A stretch of DNA of 64,000 bases, taken from the NCBI RefSeq assembly GCF_028641065.1, contig NC_073393.1:21514001-21578000 (forward strand). Reading direction: 5' to 3'. Source of the DNA: Leucoraja erinacea (taxonomy: Eukaryota). Numbering within the stretch: the first letter of the stretch is position 1; each line of letters begins with the position of its first letter. Below the pieces are notes generated by a model. The model did no database searches. It had not been told where the DNA came from and saw only the letters and a list, made by a program, of their open reading frames with translations. The position numbers and the translations under genes were made by a program. Positions 1 to 12,841 of this stretch are shown piece by piece.

Positions 1-2330
1 TGTCCAAATCACGTCTTGAAAACGTCATAAGCAAACATGCAAACATTTTTGCTGACAGTTACACGGGAATAACAGGGTACCCTGCACACATTCGACTTAA
101 GCAAGATGTGAAACCTATGTATTGTCGACCAAGACCTGTACCATATGCACTAAAGCAACAAGTGGAGGAAGAACTCGACAGGTTAGAGCGTAATGAAATA
201 CTCGTGAAGACAGACCAGAGTAACTGGGCAATGCCAATTGTGGCCGTACCCAAGACCGACAAAACTGTTCGACTATGTTGTGATTACAAAGTCACAATCA
301 ACCAAGCCGTTGATGACGAACAATATCCGTTACCAACCTCGCAAGATCTGTACGCAGAACTTAGTGGGTCTTCATTGTCTTTGCATTTCGTTGTCTCTGT
401 ACTGTACACAATGCATTTCGTTGTCTCTGTACTGTACACTGACAATGACAATTAAAATTGAATCTGAATCTGAATCTGAATCTTCACTAAACTGGATTTG
501 TCACACGCCTACACCCAACTCAATGTCGACAAGGAAAGTCAGCAGTACTTGACTATCAACACACATAAGGGCTTGTATTCATATACAAAGCTGCCCTTTG
601 GTGTGAAATCCTCACCGAAAATGTTTCAGTCTGTCATGGACCAAATATTACAAGGCATTCCGCACTGTGTGTGCAACCAGGATGACCTACTGATATTCAC
701 AGAGGGCATGGTAGAACATCTGGAAATCCTCGAGCAAGTTCTCACACGACTGAACTGTACTGCCACAATGTCAAACTGCGTCAAAGTAAATGTGCATTTG
801 CGCAGTCAGAGGTGGGTCTACCTTGGACTCAAAGTAGATGCCAACGGACTTTGCCCTGTGAAGGCTAAAGTTGAAGCAATAGTGAATGCTCCAAAACCCA
901 ACAATGTGTCAGAGCTACGATCATTCCTTGGGATGCCGCAGTTCTATGCATGATTCCTTCCAGATTTAGCAACTGTGCTAAAGCCACTTCATCTGCTACA
1001 AAAAGATGTGAAATGGATGTGGGGAAAGGAACAGCAACGTGCATTTGACATCTGCAAGGAAAACTTGACAAGTGACAAACTCCTTGTTCACTACGATACG
1101 ACACGCGAGATGAAATTTGCTTGTCATGCTTCGTTATGGTGTAGGTGCAGTGGTCTCCCACGTAATGAATGACGGACAGGAAAAGCCTATTGCTTTTGCA
1201 TCCTGCACCCTGTCATCAAATGAACGCAACTATGCACAGATAGAAAGGGAAGCACTCAGCATCGTGTTCGGAATCAAGAAAATCCATCAGTTTCTTCTCG
1301 GCAGACCATTCACCCTAGTGACTGATCACGCCATTACTAGTGATACTTGGTCCCAAGTCAGCTATACCTTCCATGGCAGCATCAAGGATGCTGCGCTGGG
1401 CAATTTTGCTGTCTCAGTGTGACTACAAGGTGGAGTACAGAAGCCCCAAGTGCAACGCAGTTGCAGATGCATTGCCCCGGTTGCCCCATGAGAACTCTGA
1501 CATGGGAAGTGAGAACTCAATCTACACACTGCAAGTTGTAGATAATGACTTTCCAGTGACTGCAACATAAATTGCAGCAGAAACAAAGAAAGACAATGTG
1601 GGTTTATGAACAGACATTGTATGGTTGGACTGAAATCGATAGTGGATTGAACTCAGTTCTGAACTCAGAGCTGAAGCCTTTCTGTAATCGATGCCATAAA
1701 TTATCGTGTGAGCAGGGATGCATTAAGTGCGGTTACAGAGTGGTTGTACCAGAGTCTTTGAAAAACAAAATTATGAACAAACTTCATGTCGAACATCCTG
1801 GCATAGTAAGCATGAAGTCAATTGCCAGAAGTTTTGTGTATTGGCCTAGTGTTGACAGTGACATCGAGTCACTGGTGAGCAAATGTAGCGTCTGCCAAAA
1901 TTGCCTGAGTAAACCACCAAAAACACCACTGCAACCCTTGTCATGGCCAAGTAGACCTTTTCAGAGTTCATGTAGACTTTTGCGAAAAGGGTAATGATCA
2001 CTTTCTGGTGTTAGTAGATAGTCATTCCAAATGGATTGAGGTTAAACACATGGGGTCAAGCACTACTACTGAGTGCACCATAGATGAGTTGAGATCCATT
2101 TTTGCATGCCATGGTTTACCAGAATAATTTGTATCTGATAACGGGCCTCACTTTCATTCAGAACGGTTCAAAGAGTTCATGCAGCAGAATGGTGTAAAAC
2201 ACACACTTGTTCCCCCATACCATCCAGCCTCCAACGGGGCGGCGGAAAGGTCTGTTAGAATAGTCAAAGAAGCTCTCAAAAAACAGGTTTTGCAGGATAG
2301 TTCAAAGGATGGGATTTCACCGGGTACTCC
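1..2330 (+). mobile_element. Decayed Gypsy/Ty3 LTR retrotransposon pol (RT, RNase H, integrase), frameshifted
   Basis: Overlapping ORFs carry Gypsy motifs: RPVPYAL..VEEELDRLE, WAMPIVAVPK..VRLCCDYK, INTHKGLY..LPFG, degenerate [38 protein letters not shown]. Confidence 0.93.
371..482 (+). repeat. Short non-LTR 3'-end fragment with (TCTGAA)n tail inserted in Gypsy RT
   Basis: Interrupts the RT frame. Contains an internal duplication of TGCATTTCGTTGTCTCTGTACTGTACAC. The same sequence occurs reverse-complemented at about 40005-40070. Confidence 0.7.
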
Positions 2331-2364
2331 GATTTCCTTCCACATCACAAAGTTAATCGACTTA

Positions 2365-2855
2365 AGAGCCTGTCCCACTTACGCGACCTTGGCTCGCAAA
2401 TTACGCAACCTCGTGGTCGCTTGAGGTGTACGGGCACCTTATGGCCGCGCGGGGCCGGTCCCACTGAGGAGCGCGGAATTGTGCGGTGCTGATCCCTATA
2501 TCGGCGGGGCTCCGAAATTCTTGCAGTGGCCGAAAACTTTGCGCGCCAACGGCCTGTCGGCACGCAGGCACATTGTGGTCGTATGCAGCGTCTTGATGTC
2601 GGACGCACCGTCATGATGGCGTACGCAGCGTCTTGACGGCGTACGCCTAGCGCGTGGCGTTGCGCGATGACGTCACAGCCCGGCGTGGCGTTGCGTGATG
2701 ACGTCACCGCCCGACGCCGTGCGACGCCCAAATTCAGTCGGCCCGCCTCCTGCCCAGCTGATTGGTAAGCATAACGCAAATGATGTCACGCGTGAACTCC
2801 GCTTCCGTTTGGTCGCGCCAAACGCACGCAATCGCATCCAAGTGGGACAGGCCCT
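2365..2855. mobile_element. PIF/Harbinger-type MITE
   Basis: TIRs AG(A/G)GCCTGTCCCACTT...AAGTGGGACAGGCCCT, flanked by TTA on both sides (2362-2364, 2856-2858). CpG-rich interior. Confidence 0.8.
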
Positions 2856-3743
2856 TTAGTGTGACTTAGTGCCCCTAGTGTGTAGGATCTGAATGTGGGA
2901 TAACATAGAATTGGTAGTATCGTGGCTAATCTTCCCTTGCATTAGAAATTGATGAGCTTCAATGAGCAGAAAATTAAGTTTAAGTTTATTATTGTATGTG
3001 CACTGAGACAGTGAAAAACTTTGTTTTGCATTCTATCCAAGCAGATCATACCATACATAAGTACATGCATACATCAAAGTAGTGCAAAAGAGAAATATAT
3101 AGTGTAATGTAATATTTAATGAAAAAACAAAAGATTTAAATAGAATCAGTGCAAAAAGAATAAAGAAGGAAAAACAATGTGCAATAAAGGTAAGCGGGTT
3201 TAAGAAACAAATGATGGTGATAAGGGGAATAATGTTTCTCTAAGGCTGGCTCTCCTGTAGTGAATTAAACAGTGGAAATAAAATCTGTCATTGTTTCAGA
3301 TTTTAAACTTTTCAGAACCTTATTTACTTTAGTTGTGGGCAGCACTATTTCTAAGCTTAATGTGATAATGTGGAGAATTTGGGCAAAGTTAATTTGTGCA
3401 TTGTGTATTTGTTTTATTTCTAGACAATTAACTCAATCATGAAATTCAAACTGGTCTAACTTCATCTAAAATGGAATAATTTGTTTCAAAACTGGGATTA
3501 CTACATGGAAACTAAATAAAAATGCCTCAAATTTAATCTTTGGATTAAACTGAATACAAAATTCATAAATCTCAACCTGAATTATCATGAAGCATTACAA
3601 TTAACATGTTTAAACAAAGCAATTATTCTGTTGAACCAAGGGGAAAACTAGATTAATGAAGCAATGCAGTAGTTAACACTTGGGAAATACCCATTACAAT
3701 GATCCTACTTGATGCTTTACTTTTCAAATATATTGTTTTCCAG

Positions 3744-3869
3744 AAGTGCATCAGTATCAGCTACTGAAGAGCAATGGGCTTCCACTTATGATCCAAATGG
3801 TAGCTGAATCCCAGGATGAGGAGCAGAGGAAAGCAGCCACTTTTGTTCTACAGAGTTGCCAGCTCATAA
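3744..3869 (+). CDS. TERB1: TERB1 internal exon (end of ARM region)
   Basis: ttttccag|...|gtaagt, phase 1/1. Encodes VHQYQLLKSNGLPLMIQMVAESQDEEQRKAATFVLQSCQLI, similar to recalled human QYDLFKNNGLPLMIQALTESQNEELNKAATFVLHNCKKI. Confidence 0.92.
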
Positions 3870-4331
3870 GTAAGTAAACAATCAGGTGCTTTTTGCTTTG
3901 AATACATGTTATATGGGAATATTGCATACATGATCATCATTATTTCATCCAATGAATTTTGACTGATATAACTAGGAAACATTATGTGGTTGACTTAATT
4001 TCCTGTGAATTGTCTGATTTTTTAAACATCTTTACCAGAAAATCCACCTTAGGGCAACTAAAGATGGTTAATATATGTGTGATGTGGCAAACTCATTAAT
4101 ATACTCAACAGCTTCCAAAAAAAGTTTAAGCAGCTAATTACAGAATGTTGCTTTGTGTAAAGAATCACCTGTTCCAGAGAAACATAGAAAATAGGTGCAG
4201 GAGGAGGCTATTCGGCCCTTCGAGCCAGCACCGCCATTCATTGTGATCATGGCTGATCGTCCCCTATCAATAACCCGTGCCTGCCTTCTCCCCATATCCC
4301 TTGACTCCACTAGCCCCTAGAGCTCTATCTA

Positions 4332-5949
4332 CAGTGGCTTGCAAAAGTATTCATACCCCTTGAACTTTTCCACATTTTGTCACGTTACAACCACAAACGT
4401 AAATGTATTTTATTGGGATTTTATGTGATAGACCAACACAAAGTGGTGCATAATTGTGAAGTGGAACGAAAATGATACAAGGTTTTCAAATTTTTTTACA
4501 AATAAAAAACTGAAAAGTGTGGCGTGCAAAAGTATTCAGCCCCCCTGAGTCAATACTTTGTAGAACCACCTTTTGCTGCAATTACAGCTGCAAGTCTTTT
4601 GGGGTATGTCTCGACCAGCTTTGCACATCTAGAGACTGAAATGTTTGCCCATTCTTCTTTGCAAAATAGCTCAAGCTCAGTCAGATTGGATGGAGAGCGT
4701 TTGTGAACAGCAATTTTCAAGTCTTGCCAGAGATTCTCAATTGGATTTAGGTCTGGACTTTCACTGGGCCATTCTAACACATGAATATGCTTTGATCTAA
4801 ACCATTCCATAGTCACTCTGGCTGTATGTTTAGGGTCGTTGTCCTGCTGGAAGGTGAACCTCCGCCCCAGTCTCAAGTCTTTTGCAGACTCTAACAGGTT
4901 TTCATCCAAGATTGCCCTGTATTTGGCTCCATCCATCTTCCCATCAACTCTGACCAGCTTCGCTGTCCCTGCTGAAGAAAAGCATCCCCACAGCATGATG
5001 CTGCCACAACCATGTTTCACAGTGGGGATGGTGTGTTCAGGGTGATGTGCAGTGTTAGTTTTCCACCACACATAGCGTTTTGCATTTAGGCCAAAAACTT
5101 CAATTTTGGTCTCATCTGACCAGAGCACCATCCTCCACATGTTTGCTGTGTCCCCCACATGGCTTGTTGCAAACTGCAAACGGGATTTCTTATGGCTTTT
5201 TTTCAACAATGGCTTTCTTGTTACCACTCTTCCATAAAGGCCCGATTTGTGGAGTGCACAACTAATAGTTGTCCTGTGGACAGATTCTCCCACCTGAGCT
5301 GTGGATCTCTGCAGCTCCTCCAGAGTTACCATGGGCCTCTTGGCTGCTTCTCTGATCAATGCGCTCCTTGCCCAGTCTGTCAGTTTAGGTGGACGGCCAT
5401 GTCTTGGTAGGTTTGCAGTTGTGCCATACTCTTTCCATTTTCGGATGATGGATTGAACAGTGCTCTGTGAGATGTTCAAAGCTTGGGATATTTTTTTATA
5501 ACCTAACCCTGCTTTAAACTTCTCCACAACTTTATCCCTGACCTGTCTGGTGTGTTCCTTGGGCTTCATGATGCTGTTTGTTCACTATTGTTCTCTAACA
5601 AACCTCTGAGGCCTTTACAGAACAGCTGTATTTATACTGAGATTAGATTACACACAAGTGGACTGTATTTATTAATTAGGTGACTTCTGAAGGCAATTGG
5701 TTGCACTGGATTTTATTTACGGGTATCAGAGTAAAGGGGGCTGAATACTTTTGCATGCCACACTTTTCAGTTTTTTATTTGTAAAAAAAAATTGAAAACC
5801 ATGTATAATTTTCCTTCCACTTCACAATTATGCACCACTTTGTGTTGGTCTATCACATAAAATCCCAATAAAATACATTTACGTTTGTGGTTTTAACGTG
5901 ACAAAATGTGGAAAAGTTCAAGGGGTATGAATACTTTTGCAAGCCACTG
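4332..5949 (-). mobile_element. Full-length Tc1 (IR/DR, Passport-like) DNA transposon
   Basis: About 210-bp TIRs starting CAGTGGCTTGCAAAAGTATTCATACCCC. TA TSD at 4330-31 and 5950-51. Removing it restores the CR1 sequence CTATCTAACTCTC. Confidence 0.96.
4550..5569 (-). CDS. Tc1 DD34E transposase, uninterrupted 339 aa
   Basis: Paired-like HTH with GRPPK, WSDETK, QQDNDPKH and SPDLNPIE. I count 34 residues between the second D and the E. Confidence 0.95.
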   Translation of the reverse strand: MKPKEHTRQVRDKVVEKFKAGLGYKKISQALNISQSTVQSIIRKWKEYGTTANLPRHGRPPKLTDWARSALIREAAKRPMVTLEELQRSTAQVGESVHRTTISCALHKSGLYGRVVTRKPLLKKSHKKSRLQFATSHVGDTANMWRMVLWSDETKIEVFGLNAKRYVWWKTNTAHHPEHTIPTVKHGCGSIMLWGCFSSAGTAKLVRVDGKMDGAKYRAILDENLLESAKDLRLGRRFTFQQDNDPKHTARVTMEWFRSKHIHVLEWPSESPDLNPIENLWQDLKIAVHKRSPSNLTELELFCKEEWANISVSRCAKLVETYPKRLAAVIAAKGGSTKY

Positions 5950-8900
5950 TAACTCTCTCTTAAATCCATCCAGTGATTTGGCCTCCACTGCCCTCTGTAG
6001 AATTCCATAAATTCACAACTCTCTGGGTGAAAACGTTTTTTTCTCACCTCAGTCTTAAATGACCTCCCCTTTATTCTAAGACTGTGGCCCCTGGTTCTGG
6101 ACTCGCCCAACATTGGGAAACATTTTCCTGCATCTAGCTTGTCCAGTCCTTTTATAATTTTATATGTTTCTATAAGAGCTCCCCTCATCCTTCTAAACTC
6201 CAGTGAATAAAAGCCTAGTCATTTCAATTTTCCTCATATGACAGTCCCGCCATCCCAGGGATCAATCTTGTGAACCTACGCTGCACTGCCTCAATCACAA
6301 GGATGTCCTTCCTCAAATTAGGAGATCAAAACTGTACACAATACTCCAGATGTGGTCTCACCAGAGCCCTATACAACTGCAGAAGAACCGCTTTATTCCT
6401 ATACTGAAATCCTCTTGGTATGAAGGCCAACATTCCATTAGCTTTCTTCACAGCCTGCTGTACTACCTGTGAGCCAACTTTCAGTGACTGGTGTAACCTC
6501 TTATCTAACCTAACCCCATTGAGATAATAATCTGCCCCCTTGTTTTTGCTACCAAAGTGGATAACCTCACATTTATCTATATTATACTGCATCTGCCACG
6601 CATCTGCCCACTCACTCAGCCTGTCCAGGTCACACTGCAACCTCCTAACATCCTCTTCACAGTTCACACTGCCACCCAGCTATGTGTCAGCCGCAAACTT
6701 GCTAGTGTTGCTCCTAATTCCCTCTTCCAAATCATTATTATATATGGTAAACAGTTGCGGCCCCAACACCGAGCCTTGCGGCACTCCACTCGCCACTGAC
6801 TGCCATTCTGAAAAGGACCCGTTCACTCCTACTCTTGGTCTGCCAACCAATTTTCTATCCACGTCAACACCCTACCCCCAATACCATGTGCTATAATTTT
6901 AGTCACCAATCTCCCGTGTGGGACCTTATCAAAGGCTTTCTGAAAGTCTAAATACACTACATCCACTGGCACCCCTTCATCCATTTTACTTGTCACATCC
7001 TCAAAAAATTACAGAAGATTAGTCAAGCATGATTTCCCTTTCATAAATCCATGTTGACTTGGACTAATCCTTTTACTGCTATCCAAATGCACCATTATTA
7101 CCTCTTTAATAATTGACTCCAACATCTTTCCCACCACCGAAGTCAGGCTAAATGGTCTGTAATTCCCAGTTTTCTCTCTCGCTCCTTTCTTGAAAAGTGG
7201 GATAACATTAGCTATCCTCCAATCCACAGGAACTGATCCTGAATCTATAGAACATTGGAAAATGATCACCAATGCGTCCGCTATTTCTAGAGCCACCTCC
7301 CTGAGGACCCTGGGATGCAGACCATCAGGCCCAGGGGATTTATCATCCTTCAGTCCCATTAGCCTACACAATACTATTTCTCGCCTAATGAAAATTTATT
7401 TCAGTTCCTCTACCCCCTTAGATCCTCTGTCCTCCAGTACATCTGGGAGATTGTTTGTGTCTTCCTTAGTGAAGACAGATCCGAAGTACCTATTCAACTC
7501 TTCCACCATTTCCTTGTTGCCCATAATAATTTCACCCGTGTCTGCCTTCAAGGGACCCACATTTGACTTTGCTACTCTTTTTCCCTTAACATATCTAAAG
7601 AAGCTTTTACTGTCCTTCTTTATATTCCTGGCCAGCTTCCCTTCTTACTTCATCTTTTCAGCCCGTATTGCCCGTTTTGTTTCCTTCTGTTGTCCTATGA
7701 AAGTTTCCCAATCCTCTGGCTTCTGGCTACTCTTTGCTGTGTTATACATTTTAGTTTTATTCTATCCCTAACTTCTCTTGTCAGCCATGGTTGCTTCCTA
7801 CTCCCTTAGAATCTTTCTTCCTTTTTGGAATGAAATGATCCTGCGACTTCCGGATTATGCCCAGAAATTCCTGCCATTGCTGTTCCACCATCATTCCTGC
7901 TAGGATCCCTTTCCAGTCTACTTTGGTCAGCTCCCCTCTCATGCCTTCATAGTCCCCTTTGTTCAACTGCATCACTGCCACGTCCGATTTAACGTTCTCC
8001 TTCTCAAATTGCAGATTAAAACTAATCATATTATGATCACTACCTCCAAGCGTTCCTTTACCTCGAGTTCTCTTATCATATCTGGTTCATTGGACAACAC
8101 TAAATCCAGAATTGCCTTTTCTCTGGTCGGCTCCATTACAAGCTGCTCTAAGAATCCATCTCGGAGGCATTCTACAAACTCTTTCTTGGGGTCCTGAACC
8201 AACCTGATTTTCCCAGTCTACCTGCATATTGAAATCCCCCATCACCACAGTGGCATTACCTTTGTTACATGCCAGTTTTAACTCCTGCTGCAACGTACAC
8301 CCTACATCCTGGCTACTATTTAGGGGTCTGTAAATAACACCAATTAGTGTCTTCTTGCCTTTACAATTCCTCAACTCAATCCACAATGATTCTACCTCGT
8401 CAGTCCCTATGTCTTCCCTCACAATGGACTGAATTCCATCCCTCACCAGCAGAGCTGCCCCCTCTCCTCTGCTCACCTGCCTGTCCTTTCTATAGGATGT
8501 ATAACCCTGAATATTAAGTTCCCAGGCCCGATCCTCCTGCAGCCACGTCTCAGTAATCCCCACAATGTCATATCTACCAACCTCTAACTGAGCCTCAAAC
8601 TCATCTACGTTACTTCTTATACTTAACGCATTCATATACAATACTTTTAATTCCTCATGCATCTCACCTTTCACATCGATCCCTATTACACTTGGCCATA
8701 CTCTCCTATCGCTTTGTGAGCTTCCTTTCCCGTTAATTCTGGGGTCATGAACCATCCCTTTTCACTCTTTCCCATTAACTCCATCCTCGACTATCCCATT
8801 TGACACCGCACCATAGAAAAGTAACCATTTAGTTCATCAAGCTTGATCACTGTTTAATGGGATCTAAGACATCACAAACTAGAAATTCGTTCACATAATT

Positions 8901-8999
8901 CCAAAACAAATAATGTTGTTCTGTTGAAAATCAAGTGTGTTAAGCTAGTTTGCACTTGTTTCTGTGCCTGTCGGCACCCTCTGTAGCACCCTTTGTAAC

Positions 9000-9545
9000 A
9001 TGCCCATACCATTGGTTTGTAAGTTACCCAAGCGGAATATGAATTTGAATATCCACGTAAACTGGAGGAACAGCACCTCTTATTCCACTTGGGATATCCA
9101 CTTGTGTATGAACATTGAATTCTCCAGTTTTAGTAATTTCTACAAACACTTTCCTTTCCTCACCCCTTTCTCCCTCCCGACACTCTCCCCCCCTTAACCC
9201 TGGCTGACCTTTCACTGTTTCCTCCCCCCCCCACCCTCCAACCCACCAAAAATCCATCAATAAGCTTTACAGTTCGCAACTATATTTCCTTAGCACTCAC
9301 ACCTGCATCTATCCACCAATCTGCCTATTAAGGAACCCCCTCGCCTGAGGTCATCTGTTGCCGATGGGGATGTATCTGTTCTCTTCTACTCTCAGTTTTT
9401 TTCTGTTCCCCCCTGTCTGACGAAGAGTTCCAACTCAAAACATCACCAATCCATTTTCCCCAGAGATGCTGCCTAATTCACCAAGGTACTTCAGCAGTTT
9501 GTGTCTATATTTGGTATAAACTAGCATGTTGTTCTTTGTTATGAC
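9000..9545. repeat. Degenerate Penelope-derived fragments
   Basis: Similar to the 3' end of the Penelope at 51650-51930 (GGAGGAACAGCACCTC, ATGAACATTGAATTCTC, GATGCTGCC). Confidence 0.6.
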
Positions 9546-10358
9546 ATAAATACAGGCGTTTTGAGCCAAAAAGATGAAGTTGTGGTCTGCAATCCATCCA
9601 CCATCTTAAACATTCACTTCCTTTACCACAAATGCATTGTGGCAAGATGCACTGCTGCAACTCACCAAGACATCTTCAATTGCATCTCTCAAACTCGCAG
9701 ATTCTGTCATGTAAAAGAATAGGGCAATTCCGCTGGGCAATATCATCATGCTTAGCAAAATTAAGACTAGACATTTAAAATTAGAGGGCATAAACTTAGG
9801 GTGAACATTTTAATGGGGATCTGAGGTGGACCTTCTTCCAGAGGAATCTTGAATGCTCTGCGTGAGAAGGGAGAAGGATTGCTATAGGGTAACAAGTATC
9901 TAAATTTCCACGCTATGGAAGGCTGGGGACAAAGTGCTGGTAAATGGAATTAATATAGATGGGTACAATAATTGGCATTGATATGGTGGGAAGAGCCTGT
10001 TTCTGTGCTGTACGACTATGAGTCCAAGTTCTCCTCCATGTCGCTAACCATCCTGTCATGGACGTATGTTGCCATGCCTTTAATATTTGCTAATCCTGGA
10101 TTTCTTTACTTAGAAGATGTTCTTTTACCTTAAGACATGTAAAACTAAAAGAGAAAGCTCATTGCCACTTAGATGAAGTAGATTAAGGCAATAAATTATA
10201 ACATTCGTAACATTATTTCCCAATATCAAACTAAACACCTGGTGCCTGTGAAAATGCATATTAGTGGCAGGATAATGCAAATGTTAACTTCGAAATTTTA
10301 TATTTGATTTTGTTTCATTTTATACTCATTATTGTATTTGCTGTTGACTTTTTCTAAG

Positions 10359-10507
10359 CTGAAAAACTAGCGAACAATCTGGTGGAGAATTGTCAGTTCA
10401 AAGAAGACACAGTAACTTCAAACCCAAAGGATATCAGCATAAGAAATTACTGGAAATTTGCAGACGAATTTTTGCATCGGATAGAAATATTAGAAAAACA
10501 GCAAGAG
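10359..10507 (+). CDS. TERB1: TERB1 exon (coiled-coil region)
   Basis: tttctaag|, phase 1 to 0. Encodes TEKLANNL...YWKFADEFLHRIEILEKQQE, similar to recalled human TEKLS...HWRKAKEILHRIEQLE. The donor could instead be 3 nt later (10510). Confidence 0.88.
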
Positions 10508-10954
10508 GTGGTTAAATATTTAAGCAAAGTATAATTAGATTTTCTCCTTTTTTAATGAAAAACATATTTATGTAGTTCTACTTAATAAGATGTTCTGAAT
10601 GCTCATCATGTTATCAGAAGAAAAATGATTTGTGGGGCCTGAGACATTGGAGTAAATGTCCAAAAGTGCATAGATTTTAAGGAAGAGAGAGAAGAGGGCA
10701 TTAACGTGGAGTTCCGGAAATAAGGGCATGAAAAGTGGCCATGGTCACCAAAAGTAGGGTAAACATAAACATGGGAAGGGAAGGCAGATGCATAATTGGA
10801 GAAACACATTATTTGAGATGGAAATGGAATCTTATGACGTTAGAACACGCATGAGAGGCAAGGCCTAGGTTGAAATGAATCAATGTTTGAAAAATGTGAA
10901 TTAAAGTTCTGCTGGGGTAGTAGTTTTATGTAGAATTACTTGTACAGGAATAAT

Positions 10955-11521
10955 GCTTAAGAAAGAACTGCAGATGCTAGAAAAATTAAAGGTAAACAAA
11001 AATGCTGGAGAAACTCAGTGGGTGAGGCAGCATCTATGGAGAGAAGGAATAGGCAATGTTTCGGGTTGAGACCTTTCTTCAGACTGATGTCGGGTGGTGG
11101 GGGCGGGAAAAAGAAAGGAAGAGGCGGAGACAGTAGGCTTGTGGGAGAGCTGGGGAGGGGAGGGGAGGGAGGGATATCTCCCGGAACTCCCCCTCCCATT
11201 CCGAATCCGGCCTTTCTGTCCTGGGCTTCCTCCATTGCCAGAGTGAGGCCCAGCACAAATTGGCACCTCATATTTCGCTTGGGTAGTTTACACCCCAGCA
11301 GTAAACATTGACCTCCAATTGCAGTCCTTGCTTTCTCCCTGCTTCCCCCTTCCCTTCCCAGCTCTCCCACAAGCCTACTGTCTCCGCTCTTCCTTTCTTT
11401 TTCCCACCCCCCACCCCCCGACATCAGTATGATGAAGGGTCTTGACCCAGAACGTCACCTATTCCTTCTCTCCATAGATGCTGCCTCTCACGCGCTGAGT
11501 TTCTCCAGCATTTTTGTCTGC
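10955..11521. mobile_element. Palindromic non-autonomous Penelope-derived element
   Basis: Long inverted arms around a fragment encoding HLIFRLG. Direct repeat ACAGGAATAAT at 10944-10954 and 11522-11532. Confidence 0.75.
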
Positions 11522-12478
11522 ACAGGAATAATAGAATGGGATGAGTGTGAGTTACGAATTAGAGTTTAGATGAGCTTGGGGCAAACAGGTGTTGTTATTA
11601 TTCTCATCTCTTTTGATTATCAGATTACTATTTATTTGTGAACGTACAGTGAGTTTAGGAATAGAAAGATTATGGAAATATTTTAGAAAACACTGAAACT
11701 TATTTTAAATATTTTCCCAGCTACTCTAGGTTTTGTTTTGTTTCTGCTGTCTTTGGCCACTCACATCTTGCAGCTGGGACATTTGGGAGAATGACAGGTC
11801 ATACTTTCCTGAAAAAGTCCAGTATCATCACGAGGCAACTTGCTCTGTCGTTGTTCAGAGCCAGCCCTTCCCCAGAGTATTGTAGTACTCCACTTTGTTG
11901 GAGTTGGTACGCTATTCCAAGTACATTGAATTCTATGTTCTTGTATGTTTAAAATAACTTACGCGTGTATGAGATATTTTCCATTTTTTCTCTTAAAATG
12001 ATCAGATAATAATTCATAGTTCCATTGCTTTGAAGAATACTAGTTCAAATTGCTATTCTTTAAGTGTGATGAAGGGGAGAAGAATCATGGTCCAATCTTG
12101 TCCAATCTCCACCAATGTAAGCGCGCCTGATACTAAAGAGTAACCAGAAGTAGGAAATAGTAAATAATAACCAGAGTGATTTCGCGGCACCACACCACAC
12201 TATCCTCAGCATTCTGTACTAGCAGTAACAGTTTTCGATTCCAATTCATACAGTAGCTGAAGTCAGATCAGATAACTGTGATAGAATCGATCCTGGTAAC
12301 CTAGGGACTGTGCATTGCGGTGTCATAGTAAGCACGACAGATATCTCCTAAGCTGTTGGTAGAGCTATCATAACACCTGATTAACAAGCAGTCATGTGGT
12401 ACTTAGCTGCAGGTTCTGTGTTAATTTACTATTTTGTAAAAATTATTCACTGTTTTTCATTAACTCTCCCAAACCCAG

Positions 12479-12841
12479 CTCACCAACAACACTAGAGACG
12501 TGGACGTACATTGTACAACTACACCACCAAGTTCGCAAGCATACCCAAAATTTCAGTTATGTGATTCATTGCTTAGAGGAATGAACCAGATGGCGAAAGA
12601 TAAAGAAGGTGCATCAATGAAACATTGCAGAGAACAGCAATCCGTGGATAAACCACGCATGGATAGTACGAAAATAAAAAGTTGTGGAAAAAAGCAGGAT
12701 TTTACCCCAGCAAAAACAAAACTAGATTTCAGCCAAAGAGTAACTGGATACAGAGAGGAAGATTCTATTATTCCAACATTCAGTTTACCCTGTTCTGGAG
12801 CTGAAGAAAATAAAATTCAATACCGGGATCAGCAGTTAATG
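12479..12841 (+). CDS. TERB1: TERB1 exon (poorly conserved linker), putative
   Basis: Pyrimidine tract + aaacccag acceptor, 121 open codons, ATG|gtgtgg donor. Phase 0/0 fits both neighbouring exons. Confidence 0.65.

Larger units (their letters stand above)
4179..8810 (-). mobile_element. CR1-clade LINE (ORF2 endonuclease + RT, 3' UTR/tail), 5'-truncated and decayed, split by a Tc1 insertion
   Basis: ORF fragments: DIVGITETW, GVIYRP, MGDFN (endonuclease); KSPGPDG, NYRP.SLTS, GVPQGSVLGP, KFAADT, RPHLEYCVQF (RT). Tail AGAAACATAGAAA at about 4179. Confidence 0.93.

Noticed and set aside
2345-2779. 144-aa Arg-rich ORF and apparent CpG island
   Set aside because: Lies almost entirely inside a TIR/TTA-flanked MITE.
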